A DNA stretch of 53,888 nucleotides from Patescibacteria group bacterium. GTDB taxonomy: Bacteria; Patescibacteriota; Minisyncoccia; Minisyncoccales; PEYH01. The stretch spans positions 1 through 53,888 of the forward strand of contig JAYENY010000001.1 of the NCBI GenBank assembly GCA_034722415.1, read 5' to 3'. Shown one piece after another: positions 1 to 9,067 of this stretch. The translations under genes and the position numbers were made by a program. Positions within the stretch are counted from its first letter, which is position 1, and each line of letters begins with the position of its first letter. The notes beneath the pieces were generated by a model that had not been told where the DNA came from, ran no database searches, and was given only the letters and a program-made list of their open reading frames with translations.

Positions 1-425
1 ATAAAATCGATGTCGTCGCAATGATCTGCAGTAGTTTCAATATTTCTGCCTTGGTCATCAATACAGAAATAATTCGCATTCTCGCCGATTAATAAGACGC
101 TAATGCAATAATGGTAATCTCCTGAATAGCAGGCAAGCGACCTACCATACTCAGCAACATCCATTTGTATTGTTTGCAGCTCTGAATTACTGCTTGGGCC
201 ACCTGCTCCATCACAAAGGCTTTCATAGCTTCCATTTACGACATACATATCCTCTGCTATTTTTCGTGCCTGAACAACCGCTGCAATTATTTTAGTGTTT
301 CTTCCTCTATCTGAAGTCTCTCTTAGCGAAACAATAACAATTGTAGCTAAAATACCAATAATAGCCACCACTATTAAAACTTCAATCAAAGTAAATCCTT
401 TTTTTGTTCTAGCTAAGTGTTGCAT
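1..425 (-). CDS. Type IV pilin (prepilin), 3' end runs off the window; not in the supplied ORF track
   Basis: Manual minus-strand translation from ATG (rc of 423-425) gives MQHLARTKKGFTLIEVLIVVAIIGILATIVIVSLRE.... That is a short basic leader, a G/FTLIE cleavage-methylation motif and a hydrophobic helix. The frame stays open to the window edge. Paralogous to 448..930, with similarly placed Cys residues. Confidence 0.8.
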   Translation of the reverse strand, partial: MQHLARTKKGFTLIEVLIVVAIIGILATIVIVSLRETSDRGRNTKIIAAVVQARKIAEDMYVVNGSYESLCDGAGGPSSNSELQTIQMDVAEYGRSLACYSGDYHYCISVLLIGENANYFCIDDQGRNIETTADHCDDIDF

Positions 426-447
426 TGATATAGATTAAATAAATTAA

Positions 448-930
448 TTACTCACAATGAACTTGCATAGCCGTACACGCAGTAGATGAGGCGTTTGAGA
501 CAACCCTTCCGACACTATCTATACAAAAATATACTGTATTGCCATCTGGATCAGGAGTATTAAGCTCTGCTGAGACACAATAAGTGTCACTACTCTGAGG
601 AGTAACAAGACCAGGATTCTGGACATGACAAACTAATGATATCGATCCCTGTTGATTCGCTATGTCAGATTGTAGAACGTCTAGTTCATCGTAGCTAGTA
701 GTATTTAGTGAAGTACTCCCATCACAAAGCTCTGTATAACCGTAACTCCCCTCCTCAGCTGAAATTAATTCTGCTTGGGTTCTAACTTGATTCATAGCTG
801 CTTTAATTCGTGCATCCTTAGCACGATTAGGAGCTCCTCTTAAAGAAACCAAAACAATAGCAGCTAAAATACCAATGATGGCAATAACCACCAATAATTC
901 GATTAAAGTAAAACCTTTTTTAGATTTCAT
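448..930 (-). CDS. Type IV pilin (major-pilin-like prepilin)
   Basis: MKSKKGFTLIELLVVIAIIGILAAI: canonical prepilin N-terminal methylation motif. 160 aa with C-terminal Cys pairs. Confidence 0.9.
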   Translation of the reverse strand: MKSKKGFTLIELLVVIAIIGILAAIVLVSLRGAPNRAKDARIKAAMNQVRTQAELISAEEGSYGYTELCDGSTSLNTTSYDELDVLQSDIANQQGSISLVCHVQNPGLVTPQSSDTYCVSAELNTPDPDGNTVYFCIDSVGRVVSNASSTACTAMQVHCE

Positions 931-987
931 ATTCTTTTAATTTAAATATTCTTTTGCGACCTTTAGTTTATTTTCATCGTTATTTTA

Positions 988-1016
988 ATTCTACTCTAAA
1001 TAACAGATTTAGACAA
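988..1016 (-). promoter_or_regulatory. Candidate sigma70-type promoter for the pilin genes
   Basis: Minus strand reads TTGTCT (rc 1011-1016), a 17-nt spacer, then TAGAAT (rc 988-993). It lies in the pilC-pilin spacer, roughly 55-60 nt upstream of the ATG at 930. Confidence 0.4.
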
Positions 1017-1033
1017 TAAGTCCTGTGAATAAC

Positions 1034-2248
1034 TTAGAATCCGAAAGAGGACATCCCCTTGTAAACGGGAACAATAATAGAAACCATTAGTCCAGCAACC
1101 AATCCACCTAAAATAACTATTAAAATTGGCTCAATAATATCAACTAATCCATCTATTCTTCTATTAATTTCCCCCTGATAAAAATTAGCCACATTCATTA
1201 ACGCCTCATCTAATTTTCCAGTTCTTTCTCCAACGCGCATCATTTGAATCACTAAACTAGGCATATGTTTTGAATATTTCTCTAAAATAACACTCATAGC
1301 CTCTCCTCTTCTAACTCCTTCTTGGCTTGCTAGAACAATTTTCCGGTAAACTATATTACTCGTAGCATTTCCCACAATTTCTAATGCCTGAGTAATCGGC
1401 AATCCAGCTAATATCAAAGTAGAAAGATTTTCCGTGAATTTAGCCAATTGAATATTTCTCGCCACAGGGCCAATTAATGGAAGTTTTAAAGATAATCGTC
1501 CCATGACCTCTTTCCCTTCTTTTGTGTTGATATATCTCCAGAAAAAAAGGATTGATAAAACTGTAATTAATAACATCGCGAACCACCAGTCTTGTGCAAA
1601 ATCCCCAAATCCTAAAACCATTTGAGTGATCATAGGCAATTCTACATCTAATGAATCAAATGTTTCTTTAAAGGAAGGTAAAACAAAGAAAGTCCCAAAA
1701 ATACCCATTCCTAAGAAAATCGCCGTGATAAAAGCGGGATAGGTCATTCCACTTTTAATCTTACTCACAAGAGTATATTCCCTTTCTAGATGCTCTGAGA
1801 GATAACTTAATGTCTCTGAAAGCTTACCAGTTGCCTCTCCTGATTTAATAATATTAATAAAAAAATCATTAAAGGTTTTGGGAAATTTCGCTAATGCTTC
1901 AGAGAAATAAACGCCACCCTCGATATCATTAGCCATTTTTATAATCTGTTCTCGAAAATCAGATTTTTCTGTTTGTAAAGATAGTGATTTCAAAGATTCT
2001 ACTAATCCCACGCCTGATTTAAGCATCATAGCAAGCTGACGACAAAACATCATTATATCTTTCTTTCTAGCCTTTGTTAAAAATTTAATTTTACGAGCAT
2101 AAAAAGGCTTAGATTCTAAGGCTTCTAGCTGGGTAACATAAAGGCCTTCTTCCTGTAGAAGAGAAATAGCCTCTTTCTTGGATCCCACTTCTATAACCCC
2201 TACCTGGGCTAACCCCTCTTTATTTCGAGCTTGGTAATTAAACCGCAT
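1034..2248 (-). CDS. pilC: Type IV pilus platform protein PilC (GspF/T2SS-F family)
   Basis: 404 aa with a duplicated T2SSF-type domain architecture and three TM segments. Sits next to pilT and pilB. Confidence 0.9.
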   Translation of the reverse strand: MRFNYQARNKEGLAQVGVIEVGSKKEAISLLQEEGLYVTQLEALESKPFYARKIKFLTKARKKDIMMFCRQLAMMLKSGVGLVESLKSLSLQTEKSDFREQIIKMANDIEGGVYFSEALAKFPKTFNDFFINIIKSGEATGKLSETLSYLSEHLEREYTLVSKIKSGMTYPAFITAIFLGMGIFGTFFVLPSFKETFDSLDVELPMITQMVLGFGDFAQDWWFAMLLITVLSILFFWRYINTKEGKEVMGRLSLKLPLIGPVARNIQLAKFTENLSTLILAGLPITQALEIVGNATSNIVYRKIVLASQEGVRRGEAMSVILEKYSKHMPSLVIQMMRVGERTGKLDEALMNVANFYQGEINRRIDGLVDIIEPILIVILGGLVAGLMVSIIVPVYKGMSSFGF

Positions 2249-2250
2249 AA

Positions 2251-3336
2251 TTATTTTCCTAACAGCATTTTCAAGCTGTCCGTATTTAGAGAAAATTTAA
2301 ACGCTGACTCTTTCGTAATTTGCTTAGTATTGACCAAAGAAACTAAAGATCTATCTAAGGACATCATTCCATCTTCTAAAGAAGTCTCTATTACTATAGG
2401 AATTTCATGAACCTTATTCTCTCTTATTAAATTAGCTACTGCTGAATTATTAAAGATAATTTCTGTTGCTGGAATCAATCCTCCTTTTATTCTAGGAATG
2501 AGACGTTGGGAAATAATTCCTAATAAGGAACCAGATAATTGAGCACGGATCTGTTTCTGACTGGAGCCATCAAAGCTATCAATAATACGATGGATTGTTT
2601 GCGATGCAGAGTTAGTATGAAGAGTTGCGAAAACTAAATGACCTGTCTCCGCGGCCGTAATGGCAGTAGAAATTGTTTCTGGATCACGTAATTCTCCCAC
2701 CATGATAACGTCTGGATCTTGACGAAAGGTAGCGCGAAGCGCTCTGGCAAAAGACAAGGTGTCACTAAACACTTCTCTCTGATCAACAATAGATAAATCA
2801 TCTTCAAAGATATATTCTATTGGATCCTCAATTGTAATAATATGGCTCCTTCGAGTATGATTAATTTCATTAATTAGGGCGGCTAAAGTTGTGGATTTTC
2901 CGTGACTAGAAGGACCAGTAATTAAAACTAGCCCCTGATGCGCCTTAGTAAATAAATCTAAGACTGGAGGAAGATTTAATTCTTCGAGGGTTAATATGTT
3001 GCTAGAGATAAAGCGCAGAGAACAACTAACCCTACCCTGCTGAAAATATGCATTTCCACGAAACCGTCCAACGCTTCCTAAATCATAAGAAAAATCAATA
3101 TCACGTTCTCTTAAAAATTTCTCAAACCTATCTTTGGAATAACTTTGAGCTAATAATGTTTTTACTAAAGAAACGATGTCATCTAAGGAAAATTCTTTTG
3201 CTGTTTCCATCACAGAAAGCTCTCCATCTATTCTTAAAATTGGTTTTTTACCAGAAGAAAGATGCAAATCAGATGCTTCTTTTTTTATAGTCAGAGCTAA
3301 TAAGTCTTCTAATGCTTTTTGATAATCTTTTGACAT
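2251..3336 (-). CDS. pilT: Twitching-motility retraction ATPase PilT
   Basis: 361 aa. ASDLHLSSGKKPILRIDGEL N-terminus, Walker A GPSSHGKST, Walker B/Asp box IMVGELRD and a His box TLHTNSA. It has no long GspE N-domain. Confidence 0.9.
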   Translation of the reverse strand: MSKDYQKALEDLLALTIKKEASDLHLSSGKKPILRIDGELSVMETAKEFSLDDIVSLVKTLLAQSYSKDRFEKFLRERDIDFSYDLGSVGRFRGNAYFQQGRVSCSLRFISSNILTLEELNLPPVLDLFTKAHQGLVLITGPSSHGKSTTLAALINEINHTRRSHIITIEDPIEYIFEDDLSIVDQREVFSDTLSFARALRATFRQDPDVIMVGELRDPETISTAITAAETGHLVFATLHTNSASQTIHRIIDSFDGSSQKQIRAQLSGSLLGIISQRLIPRIKGGLIPATEIIFNNSAVANLIRENKVHEIPIVIETSLEDGMMSLDRSLVSLVNTKQITKESAFKFSLNTDSLKMLLGK

Positions 3337-3338
3337 AA

Positions 3339-3701
3339 TTATAGAAGTTTATTAATTTCTTTAATTATTTGGCTAGGAGTATGATCAGATTTTATAAAAT
3401 ACTTATCTGCTCCTAATTTTACTCCTTTTATTACTTCTTCTTTCTGGCTAAGATTCGAAAGAATAATAATCTTTATTCTCTTTAATTTTGATTCTTTTTT
3501 AATCTGCCTTAAAATCTGCCAGCCATCAATATTCGGTAAAATAATGTCTAAAATAATTAAATTCGGCTTTTCTTTTTGTACTATTTTTAAAACTTCTTTT
3601 CCATCTTTGATTACAAGAAATTTAAAGCCTGCTTCTTTTAATTTCGTGGAATAAATATCTATTAAAAACGGATCGTCCTCTATTAATAATATCTTTTTCA
3701 T
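3339..3701 (-). CDS. Single-domain response regulator (CheY-like receiver only)
   Basis: 120 aa. KILLIEDD, phospho-acceptor context DIILPNIDGW and a conserved Lys region KYFIKS. No output domain. Confidence 0.85.
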   Translation of the reverse strand: MKKILLIEDDPFLIDIYSTKLKEAGFKFLVIKDGKEVLKIVQKEKPNLIILDIILPNIDGWQILRQIKKESKLKRIKIIILSNLSQKEEVIKGVKLGADKYFIKSDHTPSQIIKEINKLL

Positions 3702-3723
3702 TATTCCTCTCTATAATCAACTA

Positions 3724-5454
3724 TTACCCAGCAGTTGAAGTTGTGCGAATAACTTCTTCTATTGAAATTTCTCCTCTCAACATTTTTAAAACAGCATCCT
3801 GCCTTATGCTAATCATGCCTTGTCGTTTTGCTTCTTCTGCAATTCTTTTCTCTGTTGGTTCTGCTAAAATTATCTCTCCTAAATCTCTATTCATTTCTAA
3901 TACCTCGAATAAACCAATTCTTCCAGAATATCCACCCCCTCCACACTGACTACATCCGACTGCTTCCCAAATAACTAAATCTTCCCCTATATTATAATCT
4001 GCCCTAGCTTCAGGCGACATAGCATCTAATTCTGTTTTAATTAATTCTCTGGTTCTGACGCTAGGCCTTACTTTTTTGCGACAATGAGGACAAAGCTTTC
4101 TTGCTAGTCGTTGAGCAATAATAACATTAACTGTGGATGGTAAAAGAAATGGCTTTACTTCGAGATCAATCATTCTAGGAATCGCTCCTAAGGCATTGTT
4201 CGTATGAACAGTGGAAAGCACGATATGACCTGTAAGAGAGGCGTGAGTAGCCAAATCAGCTGTTTCTGAGTCTCTGATCTCACCAACCATGATAATATCC
4301 GGATCTTGTCTTAAAACATGCCTAAGCCCAGTAGCAAAGCTATATCCAATCTCTGGTTTTACCTGAGATTGACTTACCCCTCCTATAAAATATTCCACTG
4401 GATCTTCTAGTGTTACAATGTTTACTCCTTCTTTGTTAAGAGAGTCTAGTACTGTATATAAAGTGGTTGTTTTACCAGATCCAGTTGGGCCTGTAACTAA
4501 AATCATTCCAAATGGCTTTGCTGATGCCCTTTTAATAATTTCTAGATTTCTCCCTTCTAACCCGAGCTTATCATAAGTAACCAGCCTTTGGTCTGCATTT
4601 AAAACCCTCATCACTACCTTCTCTCCTAGTGTGGTAGGAAAGGTTGAAACCCTGAAATCGATATCTTGGCCATCTATTGTAATAGAAAATCTTCCATCTT
4701 GAGGAATGCGAGTCTCGTCAATTTTTAATTTAGAAATAATTTTAATCCTAGCTACAATAGAAGGATGAACTTCAGTGGGGAGTATTAAGCTAGAATGCAA
4801 AATTCCGTCTAAACGAAACCTTACTCTGGTTTCTTTCTTCAATGGCTCAATATGGATATCAGAGGCTTGTCCTTCCACTGCATGCTTTAAAATAACAGCT
4901 ACTGTTTTGCTGATTGGAGCATCGCCTCTTTTTTGAACGATCTCTGAAGTACTTTTCGGAGTTGCCTCCTTTTCTCCGGGTTGAAGCTGTTGTTCTAGCT
5001 CTTCTAACGCAACCTTAACTTCTTTTCCTAGTGTTTGATATTGTTTTAAAAATGCTTGAAAATGACTCGGCGTAATTAAACTAACTCTGTAATTAAAATT
5101 TCTTTGACGAGCTAAAAAATTTAACGCTTCTTGGGCCTTAAGATCTTCTGGATAAATCATTCCTACTTCCAACATATTTTCTTTCAGCTCTATAGGAATC
5201 ATCTTGTAATGCTCAACAGAATCCTTGGGAATAAATTCTAAAACTCCTACAGCGACTTCCTTAGGAAGAGATTCTTTAAGTGGAATATTTAGGCTTTCAC
5301 TTTTTAGTTTAAATAATTCTTTCTCTGGAAGAAGATCTTTTTCTAAAATAAGCTCTTCTAGGGTTTTCCCTGAGCTCTTAATTTCCTTCTTTAAAGACTG
5401 GATTGCCTTCTTATCAATAACTTTTGCCTTTGATAGCTCATTAATGAAGGTCAT
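3724..5454 (-). CDS. pilB: Type IV pilus assembly ATPase PilB (GspE family)
   Basis: 576 aa. T2SSE N-domain, Walker A GPTGSGKTT, IMVGEIRD and TVHTNNA. Tetracysteine motif CPHC...CSQCGGGGY. Confidence 0.9.
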   Translation of the reverse strand: MTFINELSKAKVIDKKAIQSLKKEIKSSGKTLEELILEKDLLPEKELFKLKSESLNIPLKESLPKEVAVGVLEFIPKDSVEHYKMIPIELKENMLEVGMIYPEDLKAQEALNFLARQRNFNYRVSLITPSHFQAFLKQYQTLGKEVKVALEELEQQLQPGEKEATPKSTSEIVQKRGDAPISKTVAVILKHAVEGQASDIHIEPLKKETRVRFRLDGILHSSLILPTEVHPSIVARIKIISKLKIDETRIPQDGRFSITIDGQDIDFRVSTFPTTLGEKVVMRVLNADQRLVTYDKLGLEGRNLEIIKRASAKPFGMILVTGPTGSGKTTTLYTVLDSLNKEGVNIVTLEDPVEYFIGGVSQSQVKPEIGYSFATGLRHVLRQDPDIIMVGEIRDSETADLATHASLTGHIVLSTVHTNNALGAIPRMIDLEVKPFLLPSTVNVIIAQRLARKLCPHCRKKVRPSVRTRELIKTELDAMSPEARADYNIGEDLVIWEAVGCSQCGGGGYSGRIGLFEVLEMNRDLGEIILAEPTEKRIAEEAKRQGMISIRQDAVLKMLRGEISIEEVIRTTSTAG

Positions 5455-5519
5455 TTTTCGCTAATATAATTACGTTTAATTGTTTATTGTTTGAAAGCTA
5501 TATATCTCTAAAAATAATA

Positions 5520-5566
5520 CCCCTTAGTCGCCCTGTCAAAAACGGGAATAAATTGCGACAATGGGG
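5520..5566 (-). terminator. Nested imperfect stem-loop with a U-rich tail between the pilMNO-small gene block and pilB (attenuator/terminator candidate)
   Basis: cccc(5520-23)/gggg(5563-66) and gtcgc(5527-31)/gcgac(5555-59) pair. On the minus strand the structure is followed by TATTATTTTT. Confidence 0.3.
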
Positions 5567-5581
5567 CAACAAAACGATCTA

Positions 5582-5905
5582 TTATTCTTCGGGTAAGGTA
5601 GAAGTACTGGTGGTTGAAAGATCCACATAAGGAACAAAAGGATCTTTCCTTCCAAAATTTTCTTGAAAAGGAAAAATTGGACTAAAAAATTCTAATTCAT
5701 ATAATATTTGATTTTCAATTTCCTTAAAGTCTATTTTGATTTTTTCTTCCTTTCTCTCTAAAAAATTTGGTTCTATGGTTGGAATCTCTTCTTCCTTGTT
5801 ACGAAAAACCTTAAACCAAAGAAAGAAAAATGCCAATATCAAAATAGCTACTAAGGCTACTAAATAAATTTCTCTTTTTTTCTTTTCGTAAAATAATATG
5901 GCCAT
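5582..5905 (-). CDS. Small single-pass membrane protein, PilP-like position, with a C-terminal DPF motif
   Basis: 107 aa with an N-terminal TM (LVALVAILILAFFFLWF) and GRKDPFVPY near the C-terminus. Sits immediately after the PilO-like gene. Confidence 0.45.
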   Translation of the reverse strand: MAILFYEKKKREIYLVALVAILILAFFFLWFKVFRNKEEEIPTIEPNFLERKEEKIKIDFKEIENQILYELEFFSPIFPFQENFGRKDPFVPYVDLSTTSTSTLPEE

Positions 5906-5916
5906 AACTTAATTTA

Positions 5917-6450
5917 TCAATAAGAATAAACCTTTAAAATAACATCAAAAAATATGGGCTCGTTTTCTTCTGTGGGCATAGAAAATTCTGAATGAATAAC
6001 ATTTATTAATCGAGAACTTCTTTCTAGAACATAAAGAAAATTCTTAAAAGCAACATACGAGCCAGAAAGTTGTAATCTCAGAGAATACTCTTTAAACCTT
6101 TCTTTTCTCCCCTCTCTTGAGAGAGATATTTCCTGCCAGCTCACGTCTAATAAACTCATTCCAGTTTGATCTGCTGTTGATTCTTTCAAAAAATTCAACA
6201 AAGAAGGAATATCAGGATCAGCTGGTAATGCGCTATTAATTTTGGTGACTAAATCTCTTTTCTCCTCAAGGCTTCTCTCTATTGAAAATAATAACTGTGC
6301 ATATTTGTTTTGATTTTCTAGTTCTATATTTTTTTGACGAAGCTGACTTTGCAAATCATTCAATTCTTCATATTTTGGTTTCAATAAAAACAGTCCTAAA
6401 ATAATAGAAATTGTTACGCTTATAGCAATGATTATGATAGAATATTTCAT
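5917..6450 (-). CDS. pilO: PilO-like pilus alignment protein
   Basis: 177 aa with an N-terminal TM, a coiled coil and a C-terminal SGSYVAFKNFLYVLERSSRLINV segment typical of PilO. 4-nt overlap with the upstream pilN-like gene. Confidence 0.65.
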   Translation of the reverse strand: MKYSIIIIAISVTISIILGLFLLKPKYEELNDLQSQLRQKNIELENQNKYAQLLFSIERSLEEKRDLVTKINSALPADPDIPSLLNFLKESTADQTGMSLLDVSWQEISLSREGRKERFKEYSLRLQLSGSYVAFKNFLYVLERSSRLINVIHSEFSMPTEENEPIFFDVILKVYSY

Positions 6451-6986
6451 CTTGAATCTTTTTCGTCTGTTTTATCTGACGGTAAATAAATTTGGATAAA
6501 AAACTGAATTTCACCTCCTTCTAATTTAACGCTTTCTAGTTCGGCGTCCTCGATGAATCGATCTTTTTCAAAGGCTAAAATCTGCTGACCCAAGCTAACA
6601 AAATCATTAGAAATACCTCCTAATTTTGCCTGAGAATTATTCATATCTAACTCTAGAGAGGTGAAATAAACATTAGGATGAACAAAAACCTCTAGAAAGC
6701 TGAAAAAACTTGAAAGCTTTTTTCGATTCTCTAATAGACCAGCTATATCATCAATTTTCGCTTTAAAAGTTAAAATATCTTGCTCTACATCTTTATAGCG
6801 TTGGCTTTGGCCTGCAGAAATTTCTTGCCTAACCTCGCCTAAAAGAATTTCTGTATTATTAAACTTGTTATTAGTGATTAAATAAAGAAAAATGACAATG
6901 AATACCAAAAGAAAAGAAAACCATGGTAATATTTTCTTTATTCCTGATTCTTTTTTAGCTGATGCTTTGGGAATTACTTGAACCAT
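6447..6986 (-). CDS. pilN: PilN-like pilus alignment protein
   Basis: 179 aa with a short cytoplasmic N-terminus, a single TM and a coiled coil. Lies between pilM and pilO. Confidence 0.6.
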   Translation of the reverse strand: MVQVIPKASAKKESGIKKILPWFSFLLVFIVIFLYLITNNKFNNTEILLGEVRQEISAGQSQRYKDVEQDILTFKAKIDDIAGLLENRKKLSSFFSFLEVFVHPNVYFTSLELDMNNSQAKLGGISNDFVSLGQQILAFEKDRFIEDAELESVKLEGGEIQFFIQIYLPSDKTDEKDSR

Positions 6987-6993
6987 AATTAAT

Positions 6994-8052
6994 CTATTTA
7001 TTAAAACCCCGCAGAGCCATGCCTACAGCTATTGTAAACCCTGACCCAAGTTTTTTCAATGTTTCATCTAGCGTTGGAGGATATGCAATTCCTAAAAAGG
7101 GATTAGCTATTTCTACAGGTAAATTAAGCTCTGCGGATAAATAGTCAGAAAACCCTATAAGAGTTGCTCCGTTCCCAGCAAGAATAACTTTCCCTGCCCT
7201 CTCCTTGTCTTCTAAGTATATTTCATCAAAAATACTCTTTATTTTTTCTAAAATTGCTGTTGCTATGGGCATTGTAATTTCTTGAATAACTGGTTTTTTA
7301 TCAGTAACCCCAAATATCCTTTTAATCGTCTCTGCTTTTTTTGTATCAACCTGAAGTTTTTTTGAGATAGCATCTGTAAAATTTTCTCCAGAAACATCAA
7401 AGCTATAAGAGACTTTCAAAATTCCTTGCGCCACTATATTAATAGTGGTGCTCCTTTCTCCTATATCAACTAAACATACTACATTGCTCTTATCTTGATA
7501 TTTTACTAACGCCCTAACAAGAGCAAAAACTTCTGCTTCCAAAGCAACAACTTTCAATCCTACTGAAAGAGCTATTTTTTGATATTGAGCAATAAGATCA
7601 TTCGGTACAGCAACTAATAAAACACGCAAGGCTGTTCTACCGTCTTTTGATGGACCGCCTTTTATAAGCTGCCAATCTAATGTAACTTCTGACAATGGTA
7701 GAGGGATACGACGCGGAGCTTCATACTTAACTGCTTCAGGAATTTCTGATTCCGACATGGCTGGCAAATTAAAGGTTGTAAAAAAAGTAGCATAATCAGG
7801 AATAGCGAAGAAAGCATCTTTTGATTTAATGCCTGATTCTTTCAATATACTAGACAAGGCCTCAGAAGCGATTGATTCATTTATACCGAGAGTTCCTTTT
7901 TCTCTGCTCTGGCGTGCTTTTCCCATAAAATAATCAGCACCCAAAATACCATAGTTTGATAATGTTTTCCCTTTATCTTTTCCTAGCTCTACCACCTTAA
8001 TAGAAGAGGTCCCTATATCAATGCCTATAAAATTTTTAGAAAATAATTTCAA
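6994..8052 (-). CDS. pilM: PilM (actin-like ATPase fold pilus assembly protein), TTG start
   Basis: 352 aa. FIGIDIGTSSIKVVEL phosphate-1 motif and DIGERSTTINIV phosphate-2-like motif. Confidence 0.85.
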   Translation of the reverse strand: MKLFSKNFIGIDIGTSSIKVVELGKDKGKTLSNYGILGADYFMGKARQSREKGTLGINESIASEALSSILKESGIKSKDAFFAIPDYATFFTTFNLPAMSESEIPEAVKYEAPRRIPLPLSEVTLDWQLIKGGPSKDGRTALRVLLVAVPNDLIAQYQKIALSVGLKVVALEAEVFALVRALVKYQDKSNVVCLVDIGERSTTINIVAQGILKVSYSFDVSGENFTDAISKKLQVDTKKAETIKRIFGVTDKKPVIQEITMPIATAILEKIKSIFDEIYLEDKERAGKVILAGNGATLIGFSDYLSAELNLPVEIANPFLGIAYPPTLDETLKKLGSGFTIAVGMALRGFNK

Positions 8053-8075
8053 GAGATTCTAATATATGTTAAGTT

Positions 8076-8084
8076 TGATATAAT
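8076..8084 (+). promoter_or_regulatory. Extended -10 promoter candidate for comFC
   Basis: TGaTATAAT on the plus strand, about 65 nt upstream of the 8150 GTG (and the 8162 ATG). Confidence 0.35.
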
Positions 8085-8149
8085 GCCTTAACTAATTCTT
8101 TATTTTAACCTTTATTTTAAATTATTGCTATTAAATTTTTAGAGTAAAT

Positions 8150-8836
8150 GTGGAAAACTCTATGACACAAAAAATCCTCACTCAAATTTTGGATTTCCTT
8201 TGGTCTAAACACTGTCTAAATTGCGGCAAAGAGGGCCAATATTTATGCGATGATTGCATCTCTTTAATTGATATTTCAAGAGAACCTCCATGTTCTGGGT
8301 TTAGATATCTCGACAAGCTCTATTTTCCAACAACTTATGATGAAAAATTAGTCCGAGCTGTTATTTCTCGATACAAATACAGTTATGCAAAGGAACTTTC
8401 TAAAACTTTAGCTAATTTAATTATATCTCATTTCAAATTAATGGACAAATCTCCTCCTTTTTTATCAGAAGATACTGATAACTTCCTAATCTGTGCTGTG
8501 CCCCTTTATAAATCAAAATTAAAACAACGAGGATTTAATCAATCAGAAGAAATTGCTAAACATTTATCAAATTTTCTAAACATTCCCTTCTCTCCTAATC
8601 TCTTAATTAAAACAAAAAAGACGTTGCCTCAAATGTCTCTAAACAAGAACCAAAGATTAAAAAATATATCTAACTGTTTTGAAATTAATCCTGAAAAAAA
8701 GAGTCAAATTATTGATAAAAAGATTCTGCTTATTGACGATGTCTTTACTACTGGCGCCACAATAGGAGAATGCGCTAAAATCCTAAAACAAAACCAGACT
8801 CAATTTGTCTGGGGCATTGTAGTGGCAAGAGATTAG
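8150..8836 (+). CDS. comFC: ComF-family competence protein (ComFC, phosphoribosyltransferase-like)
   Basis: N-terminal Zn-finger CLNCG...CDDC and a C-terminal PRTase motif ILLIDDVFTTGAT. The start may be the ATG at 8162. Confidence 0.85.
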   Translation: MENSMTQKILTQILDFLWSKHCLNCGKEGQYLCDDCISLIDISREPPCSGFRYLDKLYFPTTYDEKLVRAVISRYKYSYAKELSKTLANLIISHFKLMDKSPPFLSEDTDNFLICAVPLYKSKLKQRGFNQSEEIAKHLSNFLNIPFSPNLLIKTKKTLPQMSLNKNQRLKNISNCFEINPEKKSQIIDKKILLIDDVFTTGATIGECAKILKQNQTQFVWGIVVARD

Positions 8837-8841
8837 CTATG

Positions 8842-8925
8842 CGGAGAGGGTGGGATTCGAACCCACGAGTCTGTTAGGACGCTGGTTTTCAAAACCAGTG
8901 GAATAAGCCGCTATCCGACCTCTCC
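8842..8925 (-). tRNA. tRNA-Ser(UGA)
   Basis: Hand-folded cloverleaf. Acceptor GGAGAGG/CCTCTCC, anticodon loop TTTGAAA, long variable arm, T-loop TTCGAAT. No encoded CCA. Confidence 0.85.
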
Positions 8926-8950
8926 AAATCTAAATACTTATAATAAAATG

Positions 8951-9035
8951 CGGAGAGGGTGGGATTCGAACCCACGAGGGGAAAATCCCCAACACATTAG
9001 CAGTGTGTCACTTTTAACCACTCAGTCACCTCTCC
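8951..9035 (-). tRNA. tRNA-Ser(GCU)
   Basis: Same acceptor and T-arm as the neighbouring Ser tRNA. Anticodon stem ACACA/TGTGT with loop CTGCTAA, and a long variable arm. Confidence 0.85.
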
Positions 9036-9067
9036 AGTCTGCCTCTATTGTACATTAAAATCAAATT

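Noticed and set aside
8056-8061. TAGAAT hexamer just upstream of the pilM TTG start
   Set aside because: It is only 3 nt from the start codon, so a transcript initiated from it would begin inside the ORF. It also has no -35 box. It is probably a chance occurrence.
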